A DNA stretch of 64,000 nt from Vicinamibacterales bacterium (GCA_050183355.1 JBFXBH010000002.1:23288-87287), one strand, 5' to 3'; positions 39,418 to 47,408 are shown, numbered from the stretch's first letter. Numbers and translations are program-made. The notes: generated by a model from the letters alone, not told the origin.

Positions 39418-40872
39418 ATGCAGCCGTGGGCATGGGGACTCCTGAACGTGCTCGTCTGGTCGGTCGGCCTGAAGGCTGTGTACGACCTGCGGCGTGAGCA
39501 CGCGGCTGGTTCGCGCGCCTGGACGCTTCTGACGTGGGCGCTCTGGTGCTGCCTGGCGATGGAGGCAGCCATGCTGCTGTCTCCGTCGATTCCGGGTCTG
39601 GCCCTTGTCTCGGTCGTGACAGGAATGCTCTCCGCGGGTCTCGCGGCCGGCGGCATGATGACCCTGGTGTCCGACGTGAGGACGGGAACGGATGCGGTCG
39701 GCGGGCCTCGTGTCGGGATTCTGGGCGGGCTACTCGCCGCGGCGCTGGCCGGATCCGTTGCGGTATCGGTTGTGGCGTCAGACACGGCCGTGCGCATATC
39801 CGGCGCCCTGCACTATCTGGAGGGCGCCCTCTGGCTGGCATCGTCGGCCATGCTGGTCACCGCGCTCCTGGCCAGCCACGAGACCACGGAGAGGCAACTG
39901 CTCAGGCCGCGGCAGTTCGCGGCGGCCTTTGCGATCGCGTTTCTCGGACCCGCCACGTCCATGCTGGCCTGGCTGGTCGGCACCACGGTGCCTCGGGAGG
40001 TGACGGCGCTGCTGAGCACGTTGTTCGTGCTGACGCTCGTATCGGCACTGTACGCCATGGTCATACGCGTGCGGAGCCGCGGCCTGGCGGCCGCGACGGC
40101 CCAGGTTCACGCCTACGAGCACCAGATCCTGATCGTCGAGAAACTCGCAGCGGTCAGCACCCTGGCGGCCGGTGCGGCGCATGACCTGAACAATGCACTC
40201 GCGGCCATCCACGGTTTCACGGAGTTGCTGCTCGACACGCCGGACCTGGCGCCGTCGGTCCGGCAGGATCTCTTGCAGGTTCGTACGGCGGCCCGGTCCG
40301 CCTCGGCTGTCGCGAAGGATCTGCTGGGCGTTGCCCGAGTGCACGCGGGCGCCGGTGGACCGAGGGGTGTGAAGGACGCAGTGCTGCAGCCGCTGGCGCT
40401 GCTGGAGCGGGAGTTCCAGCGTCGCCGAGTGCAGGTAGTCGCGGACGTGCCGGACGGGCTGCCGGACGTGTCAATGGAGCCGCAGGCACTGAGTGGGGTG
40501 TGCATGAACCTGTACCTCAACGCGCGGGACGCCATGGCCAGTCGCCAGAAGGGCCGGCTCACCCTCACGGTGCGCTCCCACGGCGACGGCGTTACGGTGA
40601 GCGTCGCCGATACGGGAACGGGCATCCCCGCCTCCTTTCGGAGCCGCATCTTTCAGCCGCTGGCGAGTACCAAGGGCGAGCACGGCACCGGCCTCGGATT
40701 GTCGGTATCGCGGCGGCTGGTTGTGGAGGCCGGCGGAGACATCACATTCGTCACCGATGAGGGCGTCGGGACGGAGTTCCGAATCCATCTGCCTGCCGCC
40801 AGCCGCGAGACCTGGCAGCGGAGCGATGGCGAGCCCTTGGACGTAGAGCCGCCGCCCGGACGGGCCGCGTAG
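39418..40872 (+). CDS. membrane-bound sensor histidine kinase (orphan, no adjacent response regulator)
   Basis: About 6 N-terminal TM helices. HisKA H-box (AAGAAHDLNNALAAIHGFTELL) and HATPase N/G boxes (NLYLNARDA, DTGTGIP, GTGLGLS). Confidence 0.9.
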   Translation: MQPWAWGLLNVLVWSVGLKAVYDLRREHAAGSRAWTLLTWALWCCLAMEAAMLLSPSIPGLALVSVVTGMLSAGLAAGGMMTLVSDVRTGTDAVGGPRVGILGGLLAAALAGSVAVSVVASDTAVRISGALHYLEGALWLASSAMLVTALLASHETTERQLLRPRQFAAAFAIAFLGPATSMLAWLVGTTVPREVTALLSTLFVLTLVSALYAMVIRVRSRGLAAATAQVHAYEHQILIVEKLAAVSTLAAGAAHDLNNALAAIHGFTELLLDTPDLAPSVRQDLLQVRTAARSASAVAKDLLGVARVHAGAGGPRGVKDAVLQPLALLEREFQRRRVQVVADVPDGLPDVSMEPQALSGVCMNLYLNARDAMASRQKGRLTLTVRSHGDGVTVSVADTGTGIPASFRSRIFQPLASTKGEHGTGLGLSVSRRLVVEAGGDITFVTDEGVGTEFRIHLPAASRETWQRSDGEPLDVEPPPGRAA

Positions 40873-40887
40873 GGATCGTCGCCACCG

Positions 40888-40918
40888 GCGCGTCTGGCCG
40901 GACGCGCGATCGGCCAGA
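40888..40918. terminator. overlapping GC hairpins after the kinase gene (possible terminator)
   Basis: GCGCGTC (40888-40894) pairs with GACGCGC (40901-40907). Alternatively TCTGGCCG (40893-40900) pairs with CGGCCAGA (40911-40918). It starts 16 nt after the stop. Confidence 0.35.
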
Positions 40919-41169
40919 GAGGCGACGTGCAGCCGTGACGTCTCGTCGACCGGGAACGGCCCTGGCGCCGATCCGAGAAGGTCAGGGCGCGTCCGGCAGG
41001 TCCACATCAGCGGTGGCAGTTCTGTCTGGGCCGCCGGGTTCCCGCCGGCGATCAACGATGCGAGCCGTGCCCCTGACCACGACCTCTCCCGTGCGGCCTC
41101 ATCGCGGGGCCGCGGAAGGTGCCGCGTCACTGTGATGCCTGCGCAGTCCGCGTGCCCAGCTGCAAGCGT

Positions 41170-42624
41170 TCACTTGAGCAGAACCGTGTCGGGAAACTGC
41201 GCGTACCAGGCGAACCAGAATGCTCGCTGCGCGGGAACCCGAGGCAGGGCAGGACCGCCCGACTCGGGCACGAGGCCGGACTCGGTGATGATCCACCGGC
41301 GGCCCGACTCGTCACGGAGCACGCGGTCGATGCGCTGCATCGGAGGTGCGATCGCGCCCTCGTACACGCGATTGGCGCCAGCGGAGGTCGTGACGACGAG
41401 GTACCGCCGGCTGCCACGCGAGAAGCTCAACAGCGGATTCCGCTTGAGGAGCCGCACGTCGATGGCGAGCGGCTCGATGGCCCCGGCGGCCGAGGGCAGT
41501 CGCAGCACGAGTACTTCGTCTTTCAGGTTCAGTCGGCGGTCCTCGGCCGGCACCGGAAACAGCAGATCGGGACTGGCGAAGTAGTCCCGGTACGCCGCGC
41601 CTTCGGCGTAGTCGCGGGAGAAGCCCGTGTTAATCGAGAGCACCGTCGTGTCGGGATGCATCTGCCGCCACTCTCGCCACGTCGTCGTGACCACCGCGCG
41701 CATCGGCAGTCGTATGCCGGACCGTGCGAGTGGACCGATCACCGGCGCGCCTTCGATGGCGGACCATAGGGTTCCGGTCTCCTCATCGAACATCAGTTTG
41801 TTCGAGCGGTAGAGCAGGCCGCTGGTGCCGAAATGAAAGTCCGCCGCGCCGACGTGGGTCTCGTACGGAATGACGGTGCCGCAGAGCGTGCAGTACACCA
41901 CCGCAAGGTCGATCTGGCCCAACCGGTCCAGGGCCAGCTCATGCCACGCGAGAATCCGCTTCGGATAGGCACGGGCCACCCCGCCGACTTCGATGCCGAA
42001 GACGATGTCGGAGTCTCGAAGGTAGTTCGCCTCCGGCGCAGTGACCACGGCCGGGTTGCGCAGCGGGGGGATGCCGTTGACCATCACGCCGCCCCAGTCC
42101 ACTTCGTCCAGGCGGATGCGCAGCGCGACGCCGTCGGGAAAGAATCTGGCCATTCGCGGGTCGATGCCGGCGTACAGTTGCCGCTTCAGCGCCACGTGGA
42201 CTGACAGCGATTCGGACGGCAGTGACCACGTCCACTTGCGCCAGCGGACCAGGTCGTCGCCGAGCTTCTGTTTCGTCTGGCGTTCGAGAAACTGAAGGAG
42301 CCGGCGCCGCTCGGGTGAGCCGGGATCGCCGATCTCGGGTAACCCGGCCCCGGCGGACGGCAGCCGAGACCCGGAGGGCATCCCATCGCCGTCGCCGACC
42401 GGTTGAGATCGACGTGGGGGCCGGAACATCCGAGCCATGTCGAGGAGGAGCGCCGCATACCCTGGGCGCCACTGCCGCGCGATCTCCCGCAGGGCCGCCT
42501 CGGCCACGGGCCGTTCCCGGGAGGCGGCTCGGAAGAAGGTGTCGACTGGAACCTCTGCCGTCGCGACCAATGGGACCGTGACGAGAGCCAGAGCGACGAC
42601 GACGCGCACGCCGAATCGGGCCAT
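41170..42624 (-). CDS. DUF3179 domain-containing protein (secreted)
   Basis: Signal peptide. Core motifs VFGIEVGGVARAYP, VVYCTLCGT, SGLLYRSNKLMFDEETGTLW typical of DUF3179. Confidence 0.85.
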   Translation of the reverse strand: MARFGVRVVVALALVTVPLVATAEVPVDTFFRAASRERPVAEAALREIARQWRPGYAALLLDMARMFRPPRRSQPVGDGDGMPSGSRLPSAGAGLPEIGDPGSPERRRLLQFLERQTKQKLGDDLVRWRKWTWSLPSESLSVHVALKRQLYAGIDPRMARFFPDGVALRIRLDEVDWGGVMVNGIPPLRNPAVVTAPEANYLRDSDIVFGIEVGGVARAYPKRILAWHELALDRLGQIDLAVVYCTLCGTVIPYETHVGAADFHFGTSGLLYRSNKLMFDEETGTLWSAIEGAPVIGPLARSGIRLPMRAVVTTTWREWRQMHPDTTVLSINTGFSRDYAEGAAYRDYFASPDLLFPVPAEDRRLNLKDEVLVLRLPSAAGAIEPLAIDVRLLKRNPLLSFSRGSRRYLVVTTSAGANRVYEGAIAPPMQRIDRVLRDESGRRWIITESGLVPESGGPALPRVPAQRAFWFAWYAQFPDTVLLK

Positions 42625-42681
42625 CTCGACCTCCCTACGCCAGGCGGGAAGACTTCCGTTGCCGGGACCTCACCCTGGTCG

Positions 42682-43074
42682 TCAGGCCGAGAGTGCGGCG
42701 TCCGCCGCCTCGACATGCGCCGCGACTGCCCGCCGCGCGGCTTCGCCGGTGATCCGGAAGTGCGAGGCCGTCCAGCGGGCTCGGCCGTCGCCGACGAGCA
42801 GCAACTGCGGCGACTCGTGCCGGACACCCAGCCGTTCCGCGACGGCACTCGATGCTGCACGGCCTGTCTGAACGCTGATGACGTAGAGCGGGACGGGGAG
42901 GCTGCCGCGAGCCTCGGACAACTCGTCCCAGGCCTGCGCGCTGATCCCGCACGTCTCGCTGTGCTTGAACAGCAGGATGGGCCCGGTCCGTGACGCAGCC
43001 AGGGCGGCGTCGACGTCTTCCGGCGTCGTCAGTTCAGGGGCGTGGCGCATGGGGTCGGTCTGGTGTACGGGCAT
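42682..43074 (-). CDS. ytxJ: YtxJ-like monothiol thioredoxin-fold protein (DUF2847, bacillithiol-system type)
   Basis: GGAG RBS before the internal Met 43074. ILLFKHSETCGIS (TCxxS monothiol motif) and ESPQLLLV as in YtxJ. The track start 43128 adds 18 aa. Confidence 0.7.
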   Translation of the reverse strand: MPVHQTDPMRHAPELTTPEDVDAALAASRTGPILLFKHSETCGISAQAWDELSEARGSLPVPLYVISVQTGRAASSAVAERLGVRHESPQLLLVGDGRARWTASHFRITGEAARRAVAAHVEAADAALSA

Positions 43075-43162
43075 GGGTGCTCCAGAGGGATCGCTGCCAG
43101 GTGATCGTGTCAACCGATCGTGACGCATCCGCGCCGGGCACGGCGGCGCGAAGCGCGGGAAC

Positions 43163-43178
43163 TGTGAGATGCGTCACA
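43163..43178. promoter_or_regulatory. perfect CRP-type palindrome TGTGA-N6-TCACA (site 3)
   Basis: cTGTGAgatgcgTCACAa, between divergent ytxJ (start 43074) and the second CMD-family gene (start 43287 or 43251). Confidence 0.6.
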
Positions 43179-43286
43179 ACAATCATTGGCGCCCCGCGGC
43201 GATGATGCCGTCCGGATCGCGTCGGTCATGGGCAGTGACGCACTGCCGGGGTGACCGTGAACAGGAACCAGAACCGAGGGAATGAC

Positions 43287-43856
43287 ATGGCCGAAGCCGA
43301 ATTCACGATGTCCCTGCCTGCCCGAACCGAGAATGATGCCGACCCGGCCGTTGCGGACGTGCTGCGTGCCGCGAGGGCGGCCATGGGCATGATTCCGAAC
43401 ATGTACGCGAACATGGCGAATGTGCCCGGTCTGCTGCAGACCTACCGGACGGGCTACGACGCCTTCCGCTCGGATTCCGACCTGACGCCGGTCGAGCAGG
43501 AAGTCGTCTTTCTGACGATCAGCCGGCTGAACGGCTGTCGGTACTGTGTGGCGGCGCACAGCGCCGTGGCCGACATGTCCCAGGTACCAGAGGCGGTGAC
43601 CGCCGATCTTCGAGCCGGTACGCCCCTGGCCGATGCGAAGCTCCAGGCTCTGACGAGGTTCACGACAACGATGGTGGAGAGCCGTGGGCTGCCGACAAGG
43701 GCTGATGCGACCGCGTTTATCGATGCGGGCTATACCGAGCGCCACATGCTGCATGTGCTCCTCGCCATTGCTGTCAAGACCATCTCGAACTACAGCAATC
43801 ATCTCTTTCACACCCCACTGGACGCGGTGTTCGCGCACCGCGTCTGGGAGGACTAG
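43287..43856 (+). CDS. carboxymuconolactone decarboxylase (AhpD-like) family protein, paralog 2
   Basis: GAGGGA RBS before ATG 43287 (GTG 43251 is also possible). NGCRYCVAAH CxxC motif. Collinear with the 37953 paralog (…IKTLSNYVNH / …VKTISNYSNH). Confidence 0.8.
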   Translation: MAEAEFTMSLPARTENDADPAVADVLRAARAAMGMIPNMYANMANVPGLLQTYRTGYDAFRSDSDLTPVEQEVVFLTISRLNGCRYCVAAHSAVADMSQVPEAVTADLRAGTPLADAKLQALTRFTTTMVESRGLPTRADATAFIDAGYTERHMLHVLLAIAVKTISNYSNHLFHTPLDAVFAHRVWED

Positions 43857-43877
43857 GTCCAGCGGCGTTCGCTCTGG

Positions 43878-43903
43878 CAGCGCGCCCGTTCACGGGCGCG
43901 CTG
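43878..43903. terminator. perfect 11-bp GC hairpin (putative bidirectional terminator)
   Basis: CAGCGCGCCCG-TTCA-CGGGCGCGCTG, 22 nt after the CMD stop and upstream of the convergent DoxX stop. No U-tract. Confidence 0.5.
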
Positions 43904-44028
43904 CTGATGGTCGAACTCCCAGGCGACCGGGTCGCCGAAGCAGCCGCCTCGTGCGGGGCGCCCGAGGCCCCTCGCAATATCGCCAAGCCGGAGCAGGGCG
44001 CGCCGGATCTGGTCGCGGAGGCGTGCCA

Positions 44029-44499
44029 TCAGGCCCTCGACGTGCCGCCGAGCATCCGCGAAAGGACATGGTCCACGGAAACTGCGCCGCCGCCGCGTAC
44101 GAGCAAGGTGACCAGGATGGAGGCCCACACGAGATGATCCGTCCACGCCGCCGGGTAGACAAACGTCTGAATCACGAGCAGCATGCCCAGGAACGGCAGC
44201 GTCGCCAGGCGGGTGCCGAGCCCGACGATGAGCAGCGTTGAGAAGACGAGTTCGTTGAAGGTGGCCATCTGCGCACTCAGCTCTGGCGGCATCAACGGCA
44301 CTTTGTACTCGTCCCGGAAGAGCATCAGGGTCAGTTCCCAGCTCTGGTACTTCAGCAGTCCCGCCTTGAGAAACACGGAGCCGATGGCGACCCGCATCAC
44401 CAGCTGAACGGCGGAGAAGGGGATGGCCTCGAGGCGGGCGAAGACGTTCGAGACAAGCCGTGCGGCAGGCGACGGCATGGCAATGGCGGCAGTGGTCAT
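44029..44499 (-). CDS. DoxX-family membrane protein (last gene of the bufferin-type operon)
   Basis: 156 aa, 4 TM helices, RVAIGSVFLKAGLLK DoxX pattern. ATGA overlap with the DUF2063 gene. Confidence 0.85.
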   Translation of the reverse strand: MTTAAIAMPSPAARLVSNVFARLEAIPFSAVQLVMRVAIGSVFLKAGLLKYQSWELTLMLFRDEYKVPLMPPELSAQMATFNELVFSTLLIVGLGTRLATLPFLGMLLVIQTFVYPAAWTDHLVWASILVTLLVRGGGAVSVDHVLSRMLGGTSRA

Positions 44500-45272
44500 C
44501 GGTGCGCTCCTGTGAGTGGCGATACGCCGGTCACCAGACCGTCGTGGAACAGGGCCGCCAGAGCAGGCCCGGGCTGAAAGTCGGGATGTACGACTGCCGC
44601 GGCGGCCGCCGCCTCCAGTGAAAGACCACGCTGGACGCCCTGACGGAACGCGAACGCACCGGGCGCCAGTCGCGTGAACCAGACGCGGCCGCGATCACCG
44701 CGCGCTTCGATCCAGACGGGTTCGTCTTCAAGCGGCGCGCCGCCCTCCTCCCGTCCGGAGAGGAACCGGGTCATGAGCGTGTCGATTGGCGACCGCGCGG
44801 TCCCGTACCACGTCGCGGGCTGCAGCGTGAGGCTGCAGCCAGGCAGCGCGTCGCCCAGCGCCTGCACCGCCTCCACCGGAAGAGCCGGTGCGGAGACGCC
44901 CACGGCCAGGCGTCCGAGATGCCAGTCGAACTCGGCGAAGACCCTGGCGGGGATGCCCGGCCGGGGTTCGGCCATCTCGAGCCATGCGGGAACGCCAGAT
45001 CCGTACTCCGCGATGCAGGGTGCCGCCGGCGGGTGAGCCCGGACGAACGCGCGTGCCGCGCGCTCGAGCGCGGGGGACCCCAGGAGCCAGCCCGTGGCGG
45101 GGAATCGGTTCATGACGGCCTCGACGAGGCTCGTCTCGAAGTGCCGGAGGTAGATGTCGAGCCTGCTGGCCGGATCCCGCTCGTCCGGCCGTTCGAGGAG
45201 CGTCAGGAGCGGCTCTCCGTTGCCGCTGACGACGGCGTCCCGGACGCGGCGCTGGAGGTCAGCGAGCCGCAC
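44496..45272 (-). CDS. bufC: DUF2063 domain-containing protein (BufC/MbnC-like RiPP partner protein)
   Basis: 258 aa. N-terminal LQRRVRDAV...RLDIYLRHFETSLVEAV typical of DUF2063. The GTG start overlaps the DUF692 gene by 14 nt. Confidence 0.8.
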   Translation of the reverse strand: MRLADLQRRVRDAVVSGNGEPLLTLLERPDERDPASRLDIYLRHFETSLVEAVMNRFPATGWLLGSPALERAARAFVRAHPPAAPCIAEYGSGVPAWLEMAEPRPGIPARVFAEFDWHLGRLAVGVSAPALPVEAVQALGDALPGCSLTLQPATWYGTARSPIDTLMTRFLSGREEGGAPLEDEPVWIEARGDRGRVWFTRLAPGAFAFRQGVQRGLSLEAAAAAAVVHPDFQPGPALAALFHDGLVTGVSPLTGAHR

Positions 45273-46131
45273 GGCCGCACCCTTCCGTCAACGCGCGCTG
45301 CGCCCTGTCCGCCTCACGCACCAGCGAGGCCAGCGGTGGCAGGTTCGTGTCACGCTCGATGAGCGTCGGCACGGGACCGAAGAGACGGAGCGCCGTCTCC
45401 AGCAGTCGCCATGGCCCGTCATCGACGTCCCGATCGTGCGTGTCGATGATGACGATGCCGCCGTCTGGTTCGGGCTCGCGCGTGAAGCCGCCGAGGTGCA
45501 GCTCGGCGACGGCGTGCGCCGGCAGGGCCGCCAGGTACGCCTCGGCGCGGTAGCCCATGTTGTGCGCGCTCAGGTAGACGTTGCTGACGTCGCAGAGGAG
45601 CCGGCAACCCGTGCGCGCGACCAGCGCGCTCAGAAACTCCGGCTCCGTCATGTCCGAGCCTGCGAATCCAAGGTAGTTCGCCGGGTTTTCCAGCAGAAAC
45701 GGCCGCCCGAGTGCGTCCTGCACCTCCTGCACGTGCGGCGCGATGACGGCCAGGGCTTCAGCCGTGTACGGCAGCGGCAGCAGGTCGTTGAGGTAGTCCG
45801 CCCCGTGCGTGGACCACGCGAGGTGCCCTGAGACGAACACCGGGTCCACCTGCTCAGCAAGCTCTTGCAGCCGGACCAGATGCCGGCGATCAAGACCTGA
45901 GGCGCTGCCGACCGACACGCCGACGGTGTGCAGCGCGATCGGATAGTCGCGGCGCAGGTCCAGCAACAGTTCGGTGGCGTGCGGGTTGGCGAGGACGTTC
46001 TCCGGGTGGATTTCGAACCACCCGACGGACGGGCGGGTGGCCACCGCCTCCTGCACATGCGGCAGGCGCAGCCCGATACCGGACCCGAGGGGAGGCGGGA
46101 CGGTGTCGGTCATGGCGGTAGCCACCGGCAT
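45259..46131 (-). CDS. bufB: DUF692 / MNIO (multinuclear non-haem iron oxidative) enzyme, BufB/MbnB-like
   Basis: AGGA RBS before Met 46131. GIGLRLPH...WFEIHPEN...HTVGVSVGS...SGHLAW...FLLENP...LHLGG TIM-barrel motifs of DUF692. Confidence 0.85.
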   Translation of the reverse strand: MPVATAMTDTVPPPLGSGIGLRLPHVQEAVATRPSVGWFEIHPENVLANPHATELLLDLRRDYPIALHTVGVSVGSASGLDRRHLVRLQELAEQVDPVFVSGHLAWSTHGADYLNDLLPLPYTAEALAVIAPHVQEVQDALGRPFLLENPANYLGFAGSDMTEPEFLSALVARTGCRLLCDVSNVYLSAHNMGYRAEAYLAALPAHAVAELHLGGFTREPEPDGGIVIIDTHDRDVDDGPWRLLETALRLFGPVPTLIERDTNLPPLASLVREADRAQRALTEGCGRAAR

Positions 46132-46139
46132 CGGCGTTC

Positions 46140-46403
46140 CTACTTGGCGGCCTTGGACGCGCCGACGAGGCGGTCGCAGTAGCCCTCGGGCACGAACACC
46201 CACGCCTTCTTGTCCCCGTCCTTCTTCGACATGCCGGCGCAGGAGTTGTTGCCCTGGGACGCACAGTCGTTCTTGCCGGCCTTGGCGATGCCGTAGCACT
46301 TCTCGGCTTTGAACGAGGGCATGGCGGCCGGCTGGGCGGAGAGGATGGCGGGGGCGGCGAGCGAGACAGCAAACGCGGAGGCGAGCAGAGCACGTGAGGT
46401 CAT
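46140..46403 (-). CDS. bufA: DUF2282 signal-peptide-bearing precursor (BufA-type bufferin precursor)
   Basis: 87 aa. Sec signal peptide, then EKCYGIAKAGKNDCASQGNNSCAG...WVFVPEGYCDRL with the four conserved Cys of DUF2282. Confidence 0.85.
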   Translation of the reverse strand: MTSRALLASAFAVSLAAPAILSAQPAAMPSFKAEKCYGIAKAGKNDCASQGNNSCAGMSKKDGDKKAWVFVPEGYCDRLVGASKAAK

Positions 46404-46466
46404 GATGAGAAGTCTCCCGGGGCCCGGGGTCCGGGTTCATCCCGGCCTGACCGGCCCACGCTGGAG

Positions 46467-46495
46467 TGAGTGCGGAAGGCGCGCCGGATGTTACA
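46467..46495 (-). promoter_or_regulatory. ECF-type promoter-like motif TGTAAC-N17-CACTCA (copy 2, drives bufA operon)
   Basis: Minus strand: TGTAAC (46495-46490), 17 nt, CACTCA (46472-46467). 64 nt upstream of the bufA ATG. Confidence 0.6.
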
Positions 46496-46517
46496 GGCGG
46501 CCCCGTGCCGGGGCTGC

Positions 46518-46546
46518 TGTAACGTCGCGCGGCCGGACAGCACTCA
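46518..46546 (+). promoter_or_regulatory. ECF-type promoter-like motif TGTAAC-N17-CACTCA (copy 1, autoregulatory)
   Basis: TGTAAC (46518-46523), 17 nt, CACTCA (46541-46546). 50 nt upstream of the sigma-factor GTG. Confidence 0.6.
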
Positions 46547-46595
46547 TGATCGCGAGACCGTCAGGACTTCTGCGGTGGCCGCGTAGAATAGCGCG

Positions 46596-47174
46596 GTGGC
46601 TGTTCGACCGGATCTGGAGAAGCTGAAGAACCGCGATGCGGACGCGTTGCGCGAGGTCGTGGACCAGCACGCGCGACGGCTGTACCGGACCGCGCGGGCG
46701 CTCGGGTGCAGCGCGGCGGTGGCCGAGGACGTGACGCAGGACGTGTTCGTGACGTTTCTGGAAGCGCTGGACCGCTTCGAAGGGCGATCGTCGCTGAGCA
46801 CGTGGCTGATCGGCATCCTGCGGCACAAGGTGTTCGAGCGGCGCCGTGCGGCTCTGCGCGATGATCGGCACGACCCGATTGACGAGGTGTTCGAAGCGCA
46901 GTTCGATCGGGCGGGCCACTGGACGCCCGAGGCGTCACCAGCCGATCGGCAGTTGGAGGCTCTGCAGTCCGCTGAAGCCGTGACGGCCTGCATGGCGGCG
47001 TTGCCGGATCGACTGCGCGAGGTGTTTCACCTGAGGCAGGTGGAAGATCTCTCTGCCGAAGAGGTCGGCCGCATGGTGGGATGCACGCCGGGACATGTGG
47101 GCGTGCTCCTGCATCGGGCCCGGACGCGGCTGCGGACGTGCCTGAAGGAGAAGGGATGGGGGCCAAGGCTATGA
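46596..47174 (+). CDS. ECF-family RNA polymerase sigma-70 factor
   Basis: 192 aa. Region 2 (AEDVTQDVFVTFLEALDRFEGRSSLSTWLIGILRHKV) and region 4 (LPDRLREVFHLRQVEDLSAEEVGRMVGCTPGHVGVLLHRAR). GTG start. Confidence 0.9.
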   Translation: MAVRPDLEKLKNRDADALREVVDQHARRLYRTARALGCSAAVAEDVTQDVFVTFLEALDRFEGRSSLSTWLIGILRHKVFERRRAALRDDRHDPIDEVFEAQFDRAGHWTPEASPADRQLEALQSAEAVTACMAALPDRLREVFHLRQVEDLSAEEVGRMVGCTPGHVGVLLHRARTRLRTCLKEKGWGPRL

Positions 47175-47404
47175 TGACCTGCAAGGACGTGTCGACGCTC
47201 GTCTCGCTGGGCGATGTCGGTTCGTGGTCCGTGTCCAGGCGTCTTGCGATCCGGCTCCACCTCCTCATGTGCCGGCACTGCCGGGCGTTCGCCCGGCAGG
47301 TCGAGATGTTGACGCACGCGGCGCGCGGCACGGGCGCACGGGTGGGGCAGGAGCCTCCGCCGACGTTTGAGACGGCGATCGTGGATCGGTTGAGGAAAGG
47401 TTGA
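47171..47404 (+). CDS. short soluble zinc-finger (ZAS, HxxxCxxC) anti-sigma factor
   Basis: ATGA overlap with the sigma gene. 77 aa with C4 ... H30-x3-C34-x2-C37 (HLLMCRHC). No hydrophobic segment. Confidence 0.8.
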   Translation: MMTCKDVSTLVSLGDVGSWSVSRRLAIRLHLLMCRHCRAFARQVEMLTHAARGTGARVGQEPPPTFETAIVDRLRKG

Positions 47405-47408
47405 CGAC

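Noticed and set aside
43120-43177. 10-bp inverted repeat GTGACGCATC ... GATGCGTCAC with a 38-nt loop
   Set aside because: The right arm is simply the spacer and half-site of the CRP-box at 43163-43178. A 10-bp spaced repeat alone is weak evidence, so it is not reported as a separate element.
46584-46589. TAGAAT sigma-70-like -10 box immediately upstream of the ECF sigma GTG
   Set aside because: There is no convincing -35 at 17 nt, and it would imply a leaderless GTG start. The conserved GTAAC-N17-CACTCA motif 40 nt upstream is the better-supported promoter.
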